A stretch of DNA of 64,000 bases from an uncultured Nitrospiraceae bacterium (GCA_963811165.1 CAWEQH010000010.1:768001-832000), one strand, 5' to 3'. Positions 52,438-62,288 are shown, numbered from the stretch's first letter. Numbers and translations are program-made. The notes: a model not told the origin generated them from the sequence alone.

Positions 52438-52488
52438 TCTGCGATGATCCTGTCAATTTGAAGTTTAAATAATCAGGATGTCTTAAAC

Positions 52489-52536
52489 TGCAACTTCATT
52501 TGCAACTTCATTTGCAACTTCATTTGCAATTTCATT
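52489..52536. repeat. 12-bp tandem repeat, four copies
   Basis: TGCAACTTCATT three times, then TGCAATTTCATT. Confidence 0.92.
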
Positions 52537-52706
52537 TCCGACCTTGCAAATAAACAAATCAGGGACGCACCGATGGCTTTGGGAGAAAAAATAAGGGCCC
52601 CCAGCTTCTGGATATGCCCACAAAAAATACCAAAAAAACCTTGACCTTTCGGTTTTTTCTGTGTAATATTTTTTTTAAGTTTCGGAAGTTTTTGTCGTAC
52701 ATTTGG

Positions 52707-52738
52707 GCCGCAAAGACTTTGAGCTTTGCGGCTTTTTT
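52707..52738 (+). terminator. Terminator-like hairpin inside the csp 5' leader
   Basis: GCCGCAAAG-ACTTTGAG-CTTTGCGGC-TTTTTT, between the TTGACC-17-TAATAT promoter (52641-52669) and the csp ATG. Confidence 0.6.
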
Positions 52739-52794
52739 ATCAAGACCTCCGGAACTCAAACAATCTATTTTCTTACATAGGAGGACAACGCAGC

Positions 52795-52998
52795 ATGCAG
52801 CAAAGAGGGACAGTGAAGTGGTTTAACGAAGCCAAGGGGTATGGATTCATCACCAAGGAGAACGGGGGAGACGTCTTTGTGCACTATTCGGAGATTCAGG
52901 CCAATGGGTTTAAAACCCTTTCCGAAGGCCAGACCGTTTCATTCGAAGTGGCTGATGGTCCGAAAGGACCAAAGGCGGTAAACGTTGCTAGAGTTTGA
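52795..52998 (+). CDS. Cold-shock protein
   Basis: GTVKWFN, RNP1 KGYGFI, RNP2 VFVHY. AGGAGG SD before ATG 52795. Confidence 0.96.
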   Translation: MQQRGTVKWFNEAKGYGFITKENGGDVFVHYSEIQANGFKTLSEGQTVSFEVADGPKGPKAVNVARV

Positions 52999-53043
52999 TA
53001 CGATCTTCTCTGTTTAGTCAGCAAAATCAGTGAAAAAAACTCG

Positions 53044-53070
53044 AAGCCCCTTTGAAAAAGGGGCTTTTTT
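53044..53070 (+). terminator. Intrinsic terminator after csp
   Basis: AAGCCCCTTT-GAA-AAAGGGGCTT followed by further T residues. Confidence 0.8.
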
Positions 53071-53332
53071 ATTTTTTCCCGCTTGCCTCGGCCTTGATCG
53101 CCTTCATCAGCTTTTCGTACTTCTCGGCCCCGACGCATTCCCTTGCCGCCGGACACCATTCGATGCAGGAGGGCTTCATCTCGCGGCCCACCTTCTTGCC
53201 GCATTTCTTGCAGTCCATCTCTGTCTCGTCGGACCAGATTTCGTTTACCGCATCGCACCAAAAACACCTTACCTCTTCCGGATACGGGTTCCTTATTTCT
53301 TTGCTTCCCGGACAACCATCTTTCAGTGCCAT
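53069..53332 (-). CDS. Small Cys-rich putative metal-binding protein
   Basis: CPG..CxxC..EIWSDE..CxxC..SCIEWC..AREC pattern (8 Cys). Confidence 0.75.
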   Translation of the reverse strand: MALKDGCPGSKEIRNPYPEEVRCFWCDAVNEIWSDETEMDCKKCGKKVGREMKPSCIEWCPAARECVGAEKYEKLMKAIKAEASGKK

Positions 53333-53446
53333 GATTCTATTTTAGCAGACGGCAGAATAAAGGATATGAGCTAGATCATAGAAATAAAAACCTGCCGGGG
53401 AAGGGCGACGAGGGACAGGACGGTTATTCCGCCCCTGAAGGACTCG

Positions 53447-54412
53447 TCATTCCTTCACAGGCGTCCACGTTTTGTCAGGGTCATACTTTGAAATTGTCTT
53501 TGCAACCTTTGCAGTATTTGGACCCAGGTCTTTCTCATAAATTACGCCCTCTTGATTCACCATGAAGGTCATTATGCCTGATATACCGTATTCCGAGGGA
53601 TACGCAAGCAGGCCGAACCCGGCCGTCATCTTGCCGTTGACGACATAATCTTTTTCACCACCGGGGGCATTACTGCCCTGACTTCTCAGGATATCAAAAA
53701 AATATCCGTGGTATGGCTTACGCTCCTCGCCTGGTTTCCTTGGAGTATAACCTTCCTCAGCGGCGCGGGCAAAGATCGGCCCCAAAGGGCTCAGCTCCTC
53801 CCCTGATACGGACTCCCAATATAAGCCGTCCCTCTTTCCCTTATGGCTTCTAAACCGCTGAGCGTATTGTAATACCCCGTCACCATTGCGATCCTTGCCG
53901 GCATACTCGCGCTGTGCACCAACATACTCCTTAGAGACCTCAATGGTATTTAATTCGTTCCTGCCAATCCTGCGATTAATAATCTCCTGTTTTCCTTCTT
54001 CCGTGGCAAATGCCCATCCCGCCCCCGACTTCACAATAGGGATAGGAAAAGAGCAGGCGTCTTTTCCTATAAGCGGCAGCACTGTCTTCTCATCGAGTTT
54101 GGAAAACTTCACTGCCTCAGCGGCTGCCTTGACAAACCGCTCACGTGCCGCCCTGTCAGCTACCGCATCACCGGAGGATATAACGTCTTTTCCTCCGGGC
54201 CCGAAGATGGCCAGTAATGCCCTTATGTCATCAGTCCTGGCAGCCTCTACGAGCGCCTTGAATGCGTCATCAGGAGACTTGAACTTTTCCTGCTTTATAT
54301 CCTGAGCGGACGCTGCGAAAGCGAACGCAATTACTGCAATAATGAGGGCCGTTACTGCCGTCATATAACGGCCGCGAACTAAGTTTTCTGATTTTGCCCT
54401 ATATCTATACAT
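53447..54412 (-). CDS. DUF2950 family exported protein
   Basis: Signal peptide, FPIPIVK, RRIGRNEL, DGLYW, PYHGYFF, YGISGIMTF, YEKDLG. Confidence 0.85.
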   Translation of the reverse strand: MYRYRAKSENLVRGRYMTAVTALIIAVIAFAFAASAQDIKQEKFKSPDDAFKALVEAARTDDIRALLAIFGPGGKDVISSGDAVADRAARERFVKAAAEAVKFSKLDEKTVLPLIGKDACSFPIPIVKSGAGWAFATEEGKQEIINRRIGRNELNTIEVSKEYVGAQREYAGKDRNGDGVLQYAQRFRSHKGKRDGLYWESVSGEELSPLGPIFARAAEEGYTPRKPGEERKPYHGYFFDILRSQGSNAPGGEKDYVVNGKMTAGFGLLAYPSEYGISGIMTFMVNQEGVIYEKDLGPNTAKVAKTISKYDPDKTWTPVKE

Positions 54413-54431
54413 CCTTCCTCCACATATTTAG

Positions 54432-55484
54432 TTAATGGCGCCCTCCGCCATGGAATCCTCCGCCGCCGGACGCCCTGCCGCCGCTAAACCCACCGCCGCT
54501 TCGGCTAGGGGCTGCAGCCGGGACCTGGCCGGAGCTGGAGCGGCTCTGAAACCCGCGATCGCTTGCGCGGTGCTCGACCTTGCCGTTAACGGAATGCTCA
54601 AAGGCACTTGAACGAGCTCCAACAGGATTTTGAGTAACACCATAGCCCCGGAATTCTCTCGTTGCTCCTGTCGCGCGGCTCTTATTGAGAATCGCCTGTG
54701 CGCCGTTCCTCGCGGGGGTGCCTCCCCCGGCTACACCTGTTCTTTGCGGAAAAGCCCCGCGGTGAGTTCTGTATGCAGGGTCGATGCGGGTTATTTTGCC
54801 TGTTTTGGGATCATGGAAATGATTGCTGATAAGTTCCCCATGGTCCTTATCATGGTCACGGTCATGGCCATGATGATGAACTCTCACATTAAAGTCGCCC
54901 AGTATGAAAAATCCAGGGAACCAGAAATCCGTCCACCAAAAAGGATAAGGTACCCAGGTATACAAATATGCATAGTCAGGAGGCGGGGCATAGTAGGTGA
55001 CAACAGGGGGGCCCTCACTCTCATAATAATTATTCTCTACTTCAGAATCAGGATAATTTGGGCCGGATGTCTCATTGCTCTGACCTGAAACGTCCGGCTT
55101 TACCGCCACACCATATCCGGTTATGACATCCTGAAATGTATTGAGTGCTGCATCTTTACCCATGGTCAACTGGCCTGAATCTGCCGCTTCGGCAACGGCG
55201 GTCTGCAATTCGCCGATGATATCAGGGGTCAACGGGTAATCGGCAATCCAACCATTGCGCGGCGCAATGCCGGCCGTACTCAACAAGTCCTCACCTTCCG
55301 TCTCATTTGCAGGTGAGCCCAACTGAAGAGCATCCGCAAGTTTGACAGCTAACGCTCCTTCCCTCACCAGAGGCTGTGATAGTTGAGAATTTGCGGTAGA
55401 CGGTTGGTCAGTCTGTGCGTTTGGCGACATCGGGGTCAAAACAAAAGTCATTACTGCACAGAAAAAAATTAAGAAGCCTTTCAT
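54432..55484 (-). CDS. Exported hypothetical protein with Pro/aromatic segment and Gly/Arg-rich tail
   Basis: Signal peptide from ATG 55484, YYAPPPDYAYLYTWVPYPFWW, His-rich patch, GG-rich C-terminus. Confidence 0.7.
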   Translation of the reverse strand: MKGFLIFFCAVMTFVLTPMSPNAQTDQPSTANSQLSQPLVREGALAVKLADALQLGSPANETEGEDLLSTAGIAPRNGWIADYPLTPDIIGELQTAVAEAADSGQLTMGKDAALNTFQDVITGYGVAVKPDVSGQSNETSGPNYPDSEVENNYYESEGPPVVTYYAPPPDYAYLYTWVPYPFWWTDFWFPGFFILGDFNVRVHHHGHDRDHDKDHGELISNHFHDPKTGKITRIDPAYRTHRGAFPQRTGVAGGGTPARNGAQAILNKSRATGATREFRGYGVTQNPVGARSSAFEHSVNGKVEHRASDRGFQSRSSSGQVPAAAPSRSGGGFSGGRASGGGGFHGGGRH

Positions 55485-55537
55485 CTTCGCCCCTTTCACT
55501 TTTATTATAATACGGTTAGGCTGGATGTCAAAGGTTC

Positions 55538-56131
55538 CTACTCTCTCCATCTCCTATAAATCTCGTGCTCTACCCCCATGGCATCGAGGATTTTGCCGGC
55601 TACAAAGTCGACCATATCGTCCAGGGACTTGGGGGCATGATAAAAACCCATGACGGGCGGCGCTATCTTCACCCCAAGTCTTGCCAACTTAAGCATGTTT
55701 TCGAGATGGATGGCGCTGAAGGGCATCTCCCTCGGTGCAAGGAGCAACGCCCTTCCCTCTTTCATCGTGACGTCCGCAGCACGTTCGATGAGGCTGTTGG
55801 AATAGCCGTTTGCGATCCCTGAGAGGCTCTTCATCGAGCAGGGAACAACGAACATCCCGTCGGTCTTAAATGAACCGCTCGCCACAGGGGCCTCAAAGTC
55901 ACCTTCGTCATGATAATAGATATTCTTCGATGAGGCAAACTTCCTCATTCTCTTCTCTACGGCCGAAGGGGTTTCTCCTGAAAGGTCCACGCCTGTTTCT
56001 TCACGAACGATCGAAAAAGACTGACGGGAGATTATGGTATGCACCTCGGCGGTCCGGGCGAGTTCCCGTAACACCCTCAGTCCTATGACAGGACCGGTCG
56101 CTCCTGTTATGCCGAGGACATATTTTTTCAT
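55538..56131 (-). CDS. ubiX: Flavin prenyltransferase UbiX
   Basis: GITGATG, ASGS, PCSMKSL, RAADVTMKE, REMP, HLENM. Confidence 0.95.
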   Translation of the reverse strand: MKKYVLGITGATGPVIGLRVLRELARTAEVHTIISRQSFSIVREETGVDLSGETPSAVEKRMRKFASSKNIYYHDEGDFEAPVASGSFKTDGMFVVPCSMKSLSGIANGYSNSLIERAADVTMKEGRALLLAPREMPFSAIHLENMLKLARLGVKIAPPVMGFYHAPKSLDDMVDFVAGKILDAMGVEHEIYRRWRE

Positions 56132-56988
56132 ACGATATAGTCCATCAGGGTGAAGAGAAAGACCGTCATGCTGATATAGCCGTTCATGTTGAAAAAAGCA
56201 ATATCGAGCTTGCTGAGGTCATCCTCTTTTATGAGGGAGTGTTCGTAGACAAAGAGCCCCGCGGCGGCGAGCATACCGATCCAGTAAAAAGCACCGAGCC
56301 GGAAAATAAGGCCGTTTGAGACAAGAAGAAGAAAACTGGCCGCATGGAGCGTCCTTGAGAGATAGAGCGACTTCCTCACACCGAACCTGCGCGGAACCGA
56401 GTAGAGACCATAACTCCTGTCGAATTCAATATCCTGAAGCGCATAGAGCACGTCAAAACCGGCAAGCCAGAGTATGACGGCGGCGGCCAGCGGGATTATT
56501 GAGGGATCGACCGTCCCCTTTACCGCCATCCACGATCCAAGCGGTGAGGCGGATATCGCCAGACCAAGGACAAAATGCGACGCCCAGGTAAACCTCTTCG
56601 TGTAGGAATAAAGCACAAGGACCGCAATCGCAAGAGGTGACAGTCTCAGGCAAAGCGGATTGAGCATGTAAGCGGCCAGTGTCATAAAGCCGAAGGAGAC
56701 GAGCACGAACAAAAAGGTCTCGACCACGCCTATCGCCCCCCTCGGCAGCTCCCTGCCGGCAGTGCGCGGATTGGCGGCATCGATCCGCCTGTCGATTATC
56801 CTGTTTAGTCCCATCGCACCCGATCTCGCCCCGACCATCGCCACAACGATCCAGAATATCTGCTGCGCAGAAGGGAACCCGGCTGCCGCAATGAGCGCGG
56901 CGGTAAAGGCAAACGGGAGAGCAAAGATAGAATGGGAGAACTTTATCATCCTCAGATAAAGAGTAATTTTCTGAAAAACCGCACTCAT
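56128..56988 (-). CDS. UbiA-family polyprenyltransferase (MqnP-like)
   Basis: IKFSHSIFALPFA, NRIIDRRIDAANPRT, YSYTKRF, FDVLYALQD, AFFNMNG. Confidence 0.92.
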   Translation of the reverse strand: MSAVFQKITLYLRMIKFSHSIFALPFAFTAALIAAAGFPSAQQIFWIVVAMVGARSGAMGLNRIIDRRIDAANPRTAGRELPRGAIGVVETFLFVLVSFGFMTLAAYMLNPLCLRLSPLAIAVLVLYSYTKRFTWASHFVLGLAISASPLGSWMAVKGTVDPSIIPLAAAVILWLAGFDVLYALQDIEFDRSYGLYSVPRRFGVRKSLYLSRTLHAASFLLLVSNGLIFRLGAFYWIGMLAAAGLFVYEHSLIKEDDLSKLDIAFFNMNGYISMTVFLFTLMDYIV

Positions 56989-57051
56989 AGATACCTTGTA
57001 TTTTGATCGTTCGCTATTTTCTTCTGCCGGGGAAAACTTTGTCAAATGCGA

Positions 57052-57744
57052 TCATTGCCCCTTGACCGGCGGTTTGAGGAAATCGACCAGACTCATGATC
57101 TCTTCATTTTTGAGGGGTCCCCCGTGAGCGAGGTCCCACCCGGGCATCGATGTCTTCGCAACGCCTTCCCTGATCGCCTTTTCGATGCTTTCCCTGGACT
57201 TCTCCCTCATATCGCGCTGAGCAGGAGCGATCCTCCCTGCGCTGTGGCAGAACACACAGTCTGTGACAAAGAGGTCGAAACCCTGCTTTCCCTTCCCCTG
57301 AAGCACATGACAACTCTTACAGTTGCCGTTAAATATTTCCGACGGGGAGTACGACTTCATATGAACGGGGTCCTTTATCGTCATCCGGACCGCAATAGTA
57401 GTCTTGGGCGTTTTAGGATCGTTTGTATTCACCTGGACCGTCTTATATATGGTCCCGAGTTTCCCTCTTATGTCGACCGAAAGCCTTATCTTCCCTTTCT
57501 CTCCGGGCTTAAGACGGCTCGAACTAGCCATCGCCGCGGTGCAGCCTCAGGAAGGGACGAGGCCCTCTATCAGAAGGTCCTCGTCGCCTCTATTTTCGAA
57601 TTCGAAAAAATGCTCTACCCTGTCTTCCTTCTGGGTTATCGTGCCGAGGTCGTCTTCCAGTTTTTCGAAGTATACCGCCGGCTGCGCATGCGAAACGCCG
57701 CCTGCAGCAAGGAGAATAATTATGGCCAGGAATATTTTCATCAT
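57052..57744 (-). CDS. Secreted DUF1573 (S-U-G-C) plus diheme cytochrome c fusion; in-frame TGA at 57549-57547 (candidate selenocysteine, U66)
   Basis: ORFs 57547-57744 and 57052-57531 are in frame via LVPS*GCTAAM. Signal peptide, DUF1573 pattern ([21 protein letters not shown]), CKSCH and CVFCH heme motifs, SECIS-like hairpin. Confidence 0.85.
57503..57539 (-). promoter_or_regulatory. Putative bacterial SECIS element (DUF1573-cytochrome)
   Basis: Upper stem GATGGCT/AGCCGTC (7 bp, one G-U), loop AGTTCG preceded by a 21-nt spacer from the UGA, 3' bulge TTAA, lower stem CCG(C)GGC/GCCCGG. Confidence 0.7.
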
Positions 57745-57847
57745 GACTTATATTCTACATCAGCACGCGGTAAAAAGTGCACGACGGCTGCCGGGATGCG
57801 TTTCCTTAACATATGCGATTGTATTCAGTTATAGTAAAAGACACGGC

Positions 57848-60376
57848 ATGCAGAAGTTCATCAACATAAAAGGCGCCAGGGAACACAACCTTAAGAATAT
57901 CGATCTGAGGATCCCGAGACAGGCAATCACGGTTATCACGGGCCCATCGGGTTCTGGAAAATCCTCGCTCGCCATGGACACAATATACGCGGAGGGCCAG
58001 AGGCGTTATGTCGAGAGCCTCTCGGCATATTCCCGGCAGTTCCTCGAACAGCTCAGGAAGCCCGATGTCGATTTTATCGAAGGGCTCTCGCCCTCGATCG
58101 CGATAGACCAGAAAACGGTAAACAGGAGCCCGCGGTCGACACTCGGGACGATCACGGAGATATACGATTACCTGCGCGTCCTTTATACGAGGCTGGGAAA
58201 GGCCTTTTGCTATAACTGCGGGTCCGAAATATCGACCCAGGAATCCAGGGACGTTATGCAGGCGATTTTATCGCTGCCCGAGGGGACAAGGATCCAGGTC
58301 CTTGCACCCATCGTAAAGGACAGAAAAGGCAACTACAGGAAAGAGCTCCAGGAAATGAGAAACGAGGGGTTCGTAAGGGCGAGGATCGACAACGCCATGG
58401 CTGACCTCACCCAGGAGATCATCCTCGAAAAAAAGAAACGTCATACCATAGAGATAGTCATCGACAGGCTGATTATCAAGAGTGGTATAGAACGGCAGCT
58501 TACGGAGGCGGTCGACACCGCTTTTAAATATTCGGACACGGTGGTGGCCAACCTGCTGAGGGAAGACAGGGACATCCTTTTTTCAAGGACCACGGCATGC
58601 CAGAAATGCGGGATAAGCTATCCCGAGATATCCCCGAGATTCTTCTCCTTTAACAGTAAGGCGGGTGCATGTCCGGCCTGTAACGGCCTGGGGTTCAGGG
58701 GCATATCCGAAGACACACAGGAACTCGGCGAAGAGCGCTTCTGCCGGGCGTGCAAGGGGTTCAGATTGAGACGCGAGGCGCTGAGTGTGAAGTTCATGGG
58801 AATTCATATCGGTGAGCTAAGCAGGATGGCGGTTTACGATGCCCTCTCCTTCCTCGAAAGACTGAATTTGACCGAAAGGGAAGGTATCATCGCCTCACGC
58901 ATCCTCAAAGAAGTCAGGGACAGGCTCTCTTTTCTCGCAAAGGTCGGCCTGGGATATCTTACGCTCGACAGACCGTCGCTCACCCTCTCCGGGGGAGAGG
59001 CCCAGAGGATCAGACTTGCCACCCAGATGGGCTCCTCCCTCACCGGCGTGCTTTATGTGCTCGATGAGCCGAGCATAGGGCTCCATCCGAGGGACTGCGC
59101 AAAACTCCTCGATAGCCTTTCTTCGATACGGGACGCGGACAATACGATCATCATAGTCGAGCATGACGAAGAGACCATCAGATGGGCCGACCATATCATA
59201 GATATGGGTCCAGGCGCCGGCGTCAGGGGAGGATGGGTCGTAGCGGTGGGAACGCCCGGGCAGATACAAAAAGATGAGAGGTCGCTGACCGGCCAATACC
59301 TTAACGGATCTCTTTCCATAGAAATACCGGGCAGAAGGAGAAGGCCGGAAGACTTCATCGGCATAAGGGGCGCATCAGAACATAATCTCAAGGACCTTGA
59401 CGTAGATATCCCCCTGAAGCTCTTTACCTGTGTCACCGGGGTGTCGGGGTCGGGTAAAAGCACCCTGGTCTTCGACATCCTTTACCGGGCTGCGGAAAAA
59501 AAGTTTTCTGCGGGACAGGACCTTGTCCCGCCCGGGAAATACAGGGAGATTACCGGACTGGACCTTGTCGACCGTGTAATAAGCGTCGACCAGGCGCCCA
59601 TAGGACGGACCCCGAGGTCGAACCCGGCAACCTATACAGGGTTCTTCTCTTTTATCAGGGAACTTTTCGCCATGCTCGCTGAATCAAAGGTGAGGGGCTA
59701 TAAGACTTCGAGGTTCAGTTTCAACGTTTCAGGCGGCCGGTGCGAATCCTGCCGGGGCAACGGTCTGATCAAGGTCGAGATGCATTTTCTGCCGGACGTG
59801 TATGTGGAGTGCGACAAGTGCAAAGGGAGGAGATACAACGCCGAGACACTCGAGATACGATATAAGGAGAAGAACATCGCCGACGTCCTTGATATGACCG
59901 TATCCGAGGCGCTCCGGTTCTTCGAAAACATCCCGCATGTCCGAAAGCGGCTGGAGGTACTTGAAGAGATAGGGCTCGGATATCTTCAGCTCGGCCAGCC
60001 GGCAACGACTCTCTCCGGCGGAGAGGCGCAGAGGATAAGACTTTCCCGGGAACTTGCAAGGAAGGCCAGAGGCAAAACCCTCTATATATTCGACGAGCCG
60101 ACAACCGGCCTACATTTCGTCGACATACAAAAACTGCTCGACGTGCTGAATTTGCTCGTCGACCAGGGCAATACCGTAGTCGTGATAGAGCATAACCTGG
60201 ATATCATAAAATCGGCCGACCACATAATAGACCTGGGACCGGAGGGCGGAGAAGCCGGGGGGAGCGTCGTTGCGGAAGGCGCCCCTGATGAAGTGGCCGA
60301 AAATGAAGCCTCCCATACGGGGAGGTTCCTCAAGGAGAAGCTCTCAAGGGGCCGGCTGGTGGGCGTATCCTCATGA
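57848..60376 (+). CDS. uvrA: Excinuclease ABC subunit A
   Basis: True start [17 protein letters not shown] at 57848. Two ABC ATPase modules ([24 protein letters not shown] twice) and Zn fingers. Confidence 0.97.
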   Translation: MQKFINIKGAREHNLKNIDLRIPRQAITVITGPSGSGKSSLAMDTIYAEGQRRYVESLSAYSRQFLEQLRKPDVDFIEGLSPSIAIDQKTVNRSPRSTLGTITEIYDYLRVLYTRLGKAFCYNCGSEISTQESRDVMQAILSLPEGTRIQVLAPIVKDRKGNYRKELQEMRNEGFVRARIDNAMADLTQEIILEKKKRHTIEIVIDRLIIKSGIERQLTEAVDTAFKYSDTVVANLLREDRDILFSRTTACQKCGISYPEISPRFFSFNSKAGACPACNGLGFRGISEDTQELGEERFCRACKGFRLRREALSVKFMGIHIGELSRMAVYDALSFLERLNLTEREGIIASRILKEVRDRLSFLAKVGLGYLTLDRPSLTLSGGEAQRIRLATQMGSSLTGVLYVLDEPSIGLHPRDCAKLLDSLSSIRDADNTIIIVEHDEETIRWADHIIDMGPGAGVRGGWVVAVGTPGQIQKDERSLTGQYLNGSLSIEIPGRRRRPEDFIGIRGASEHNLKDLDVDIPLKLFTCVTGVSGSGKSTLVFDILYRAAEKKFSAGQDLVPPGKYREITGLDLVDRVISVDQAPIGRTPRSNPATYTGFFSFIRELFAMLAESKVRGYKTSRFSFNVSGGRCESCRGNGLIKVEMHFLPDVYVECDKCKGRRYNAETLEIRYKEKNIADVLDMTVSEALRFFENIPHVRKRLEVLEEIGLGYLQLGQPATTLSGGEAQRIRLSRELARKARGKTLYIFDEPTTGLHFVDIQKLLDVLNLLVDQGNTVVVIEHNLDIIKSADHIIDLGPEGGEAGGSVVAEGAPDEVAENEASHTGRFLKEKLSRGRLVGVSS

Positions 60377-61386
60377 AGATAAAGATACTTCTTTTCTTGT
60401 TGCTCATTTTGACGGCCGTTACCATTTCGTGCAGCAAGGGCAGACTCTCGATGTACAAAAAAACAAAACCGCTTATGGATACCCTGGTGACGATCACCGT
60501 GGTTTCCGGGTCGGGCGAAGAAGCGGACAGGGCGACCGAACAGGCTTTTTCGGTCATCGAACGGTTCGGCGACAAGATCAATTTTTTTTCCGATAGTAGC
60601 GAGCTCTCTGCGATCAACAGGAATGCCGGGATCGCCCCGGTGAAGGTGTCACGCGAAACAGTCGGGGTGATAGAAAGGGCGGTCTATATCGCACAGAAAT
60701 CAGGAGGGGCATTTGATCCGACGATAGGACCTGAGATAAAGATGTGGGACTTCTTCAAAAAGGTGAGGCCGACAGATGCCGCTATTAAAGAAAAACTCTC
60801 CCTCGTAAATTACAGGGATATTATTTTGGACCGGAACAACTCCACCGTATTCCTCAGAAGAAAAGGCATGCTGATGGACTTGGGGGGTATTGCAAAGGGA
60901 TATGCTGCGGACCTGGCATTGACGAATCTCAAACAAATCGGTATCCGGGGCGGGATTGTTGCGGCAGCAGGAGATATCAGGGCGTTCGGTTTAAAACCGG
61001 ACGGTTCGTTATGGAACGTCGGGATCAAGAACCCGCGGCAGCAAAGCGAGGCCGACGAGCTGATTGCGAAGGCCAGGCTTACGAACAAGGCGATATCGAC
61101 ATCGGGTGATTACGAAAGATATTTCATCGAAGACGGTAAGCGGTACCATCATATATTAGACCCAAAAACAGGCCTTCCCGCCGACCAGTGCAGGAGCGTG
61201 ACCGTAATAAGCGATAGTGGTGTCTATGCGGACGGTTTTTCCACGGCGGTCTTCGTCTCAGGGCCCGAAAAGGGTATGAAGCTTGTCAGAGAGGCCGGGG
61301 TCGATGCGATACTCATTGACAAAGACGGGGTCGTTCATACAACACCGGGGATCAAAGGGATGGTGACGTTTGAAGACAGTCATTAG
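60373..61386 (+). CDS. apbE: FAD:protein FMN transferase (ApbE) lipoprotein
   Basis: Lipoprotein-like signal ending [41 protein letters not shown]. Confidence 0.95.
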   Translation: MKIKILLFLLLILTAVTISCSKGRLSMYKKTKPLMDTLVTITVVSGSGEEADRATEQAFSVIERFGDKINFFSDSSELSAINRNAGIAPVKVSRETVGVIERAVYIAQKSGGAFDPTIGPEIKMWDFFKKVRPTDAAIKEKLSLVNYRDIILDRNNSTVFLRRKGMLMDLGGIAKGYAADLALTNLKQIGIRGGIVAAAGDIRAFGLKPDGSLWNVGIKNPRQQSEADELIAKARLTNKAISTSGDYERYFIEDGKRYHHILDPKTGLPADQCRSVTVISDSGVYADGFSTAVFVSGPEKGMKLVREAGVDAILIDKDGVVHTTPGIKGMVTFEDSH

Positions 61387-61756
61387 AGACACCACTGTTG
61401 CCGATAAACTGCTTTTTCTCGTCCTGATCACGGCAGCCGTGGCGGGCATATTCATCTCAAGAGAAGCGATGCCGCAGGGGAACGACGTCATCGTAGAGAT
61501 TAACGGTAAAACCGCATACACGTTTGCCCTGGATATAGACCGAATCTTTCCGATCCCGGGACCTTTTGGAGAGACCGTCGTCGAGATCAGGGACAAGAAA
61601 GTTCGCGTCAGGGAGGCCCATTGCCCTAACAGGCTCTGCGAAAAACAGGGCTGGGTCGTAAAGGGGGTCATCGTCTGCCTGCCTAACCATATCGTCATCT
61701 CGGTCGGGGGCAAGGCTGCCGATTCCCCGAAGGACGTAGATGCAATTACAGGATAA
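61370..61756 (+). CDS. NusG domain II-containing protein (DUF1312)
   Basis: N-terminal TM, AHCPNRLCEKQG, IVCLPNH. Confidence 0.88.
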   Translation: MKTVIRDTTVADKLLFLVLITAAVAGIFISREAMPQGNDVIVEINGKTAYTFALDIDRIFPIPGPFGETVVEIRDKKVRVREAHCPNRLCEKQGWVVKGVIVCLPNHIVISVGGKAADSPKDVDAITG

Positions 61757-62288
61757 GTACCGGATCGCAGTCCTTTCCGCCTTTGCCCTTGCGCTTTACG
61801 GCATCGAGAGCCTCATTCCTACACCCATACCGTGGCTGAGACTCGGGCTTGCCAACATCGTGACCCTTGTGGCTCTGGTGCTTTACGGCTTTCGCACCGC
61901 AATGACGGTAACCCTGATAAGGGTGATTTTAGGCTCGCTCTTTACGGGAACATTTCTCGGCCCATCATTTGTCCTCAGCTTTGGCGGGGGAGTCACGAGT
62001 ACGGCGGCGATGGGATTGACCTATTTGGCTTTGAAGGATGTCTTCGGGCCGGTAGGCCTGAGTCTGATCGGGGCATTTTTTCATAATATTGCCCAACTGA
62101 CACTCGCATACTTCTTTTTCATACAAAGGATTGAGGCGATGTGTATCATCGGTCCCATCATTGTCCTTATAGGGACCCTGACCGGGGTGGCAAACGGAGC
62201 GGTCTCGGGTATTCTGATAAAAAAACTATTGAAAAATAAAGTCGGGAAAATTCAAAATGATAATGAAGAGAAGGGGCATCTGCAATGA
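61740..62288 (+). CDS. Gx transporter / heptaprenyl diphosphate synthase component I-like membrane protein
   Basis: [32 protein letters not shown]. Confidence 0.88.
   Translation: MQLQDKYRIAVLSAFALALYGIESLIPTPIPWLRLGLANIVTLVALVLYGFRTAMTVTLIRVILGSLFTGTFLGPSFVLSFGGGVTSTAAMGLTYLALKDVFGPVGLSLIGAFFHNIAQLTLAYFFFIQRIEAMCIIGPIIVLIGTLTGVANGAVSGILIKKLLKNKVGKIQNDNEEKGHLQ

Noticed and set aside
52489..52536. Possible CRISPR array
   Set aside because: Contiguous 12-bp units with no spacers and no cas genes.
57404..57847. 148-aa N-terminal extension of UvrA in the ORF track
   Set aside because: It is the antisense of the DUF1573-cytochrome gene. UvrA homology starts at 57848.
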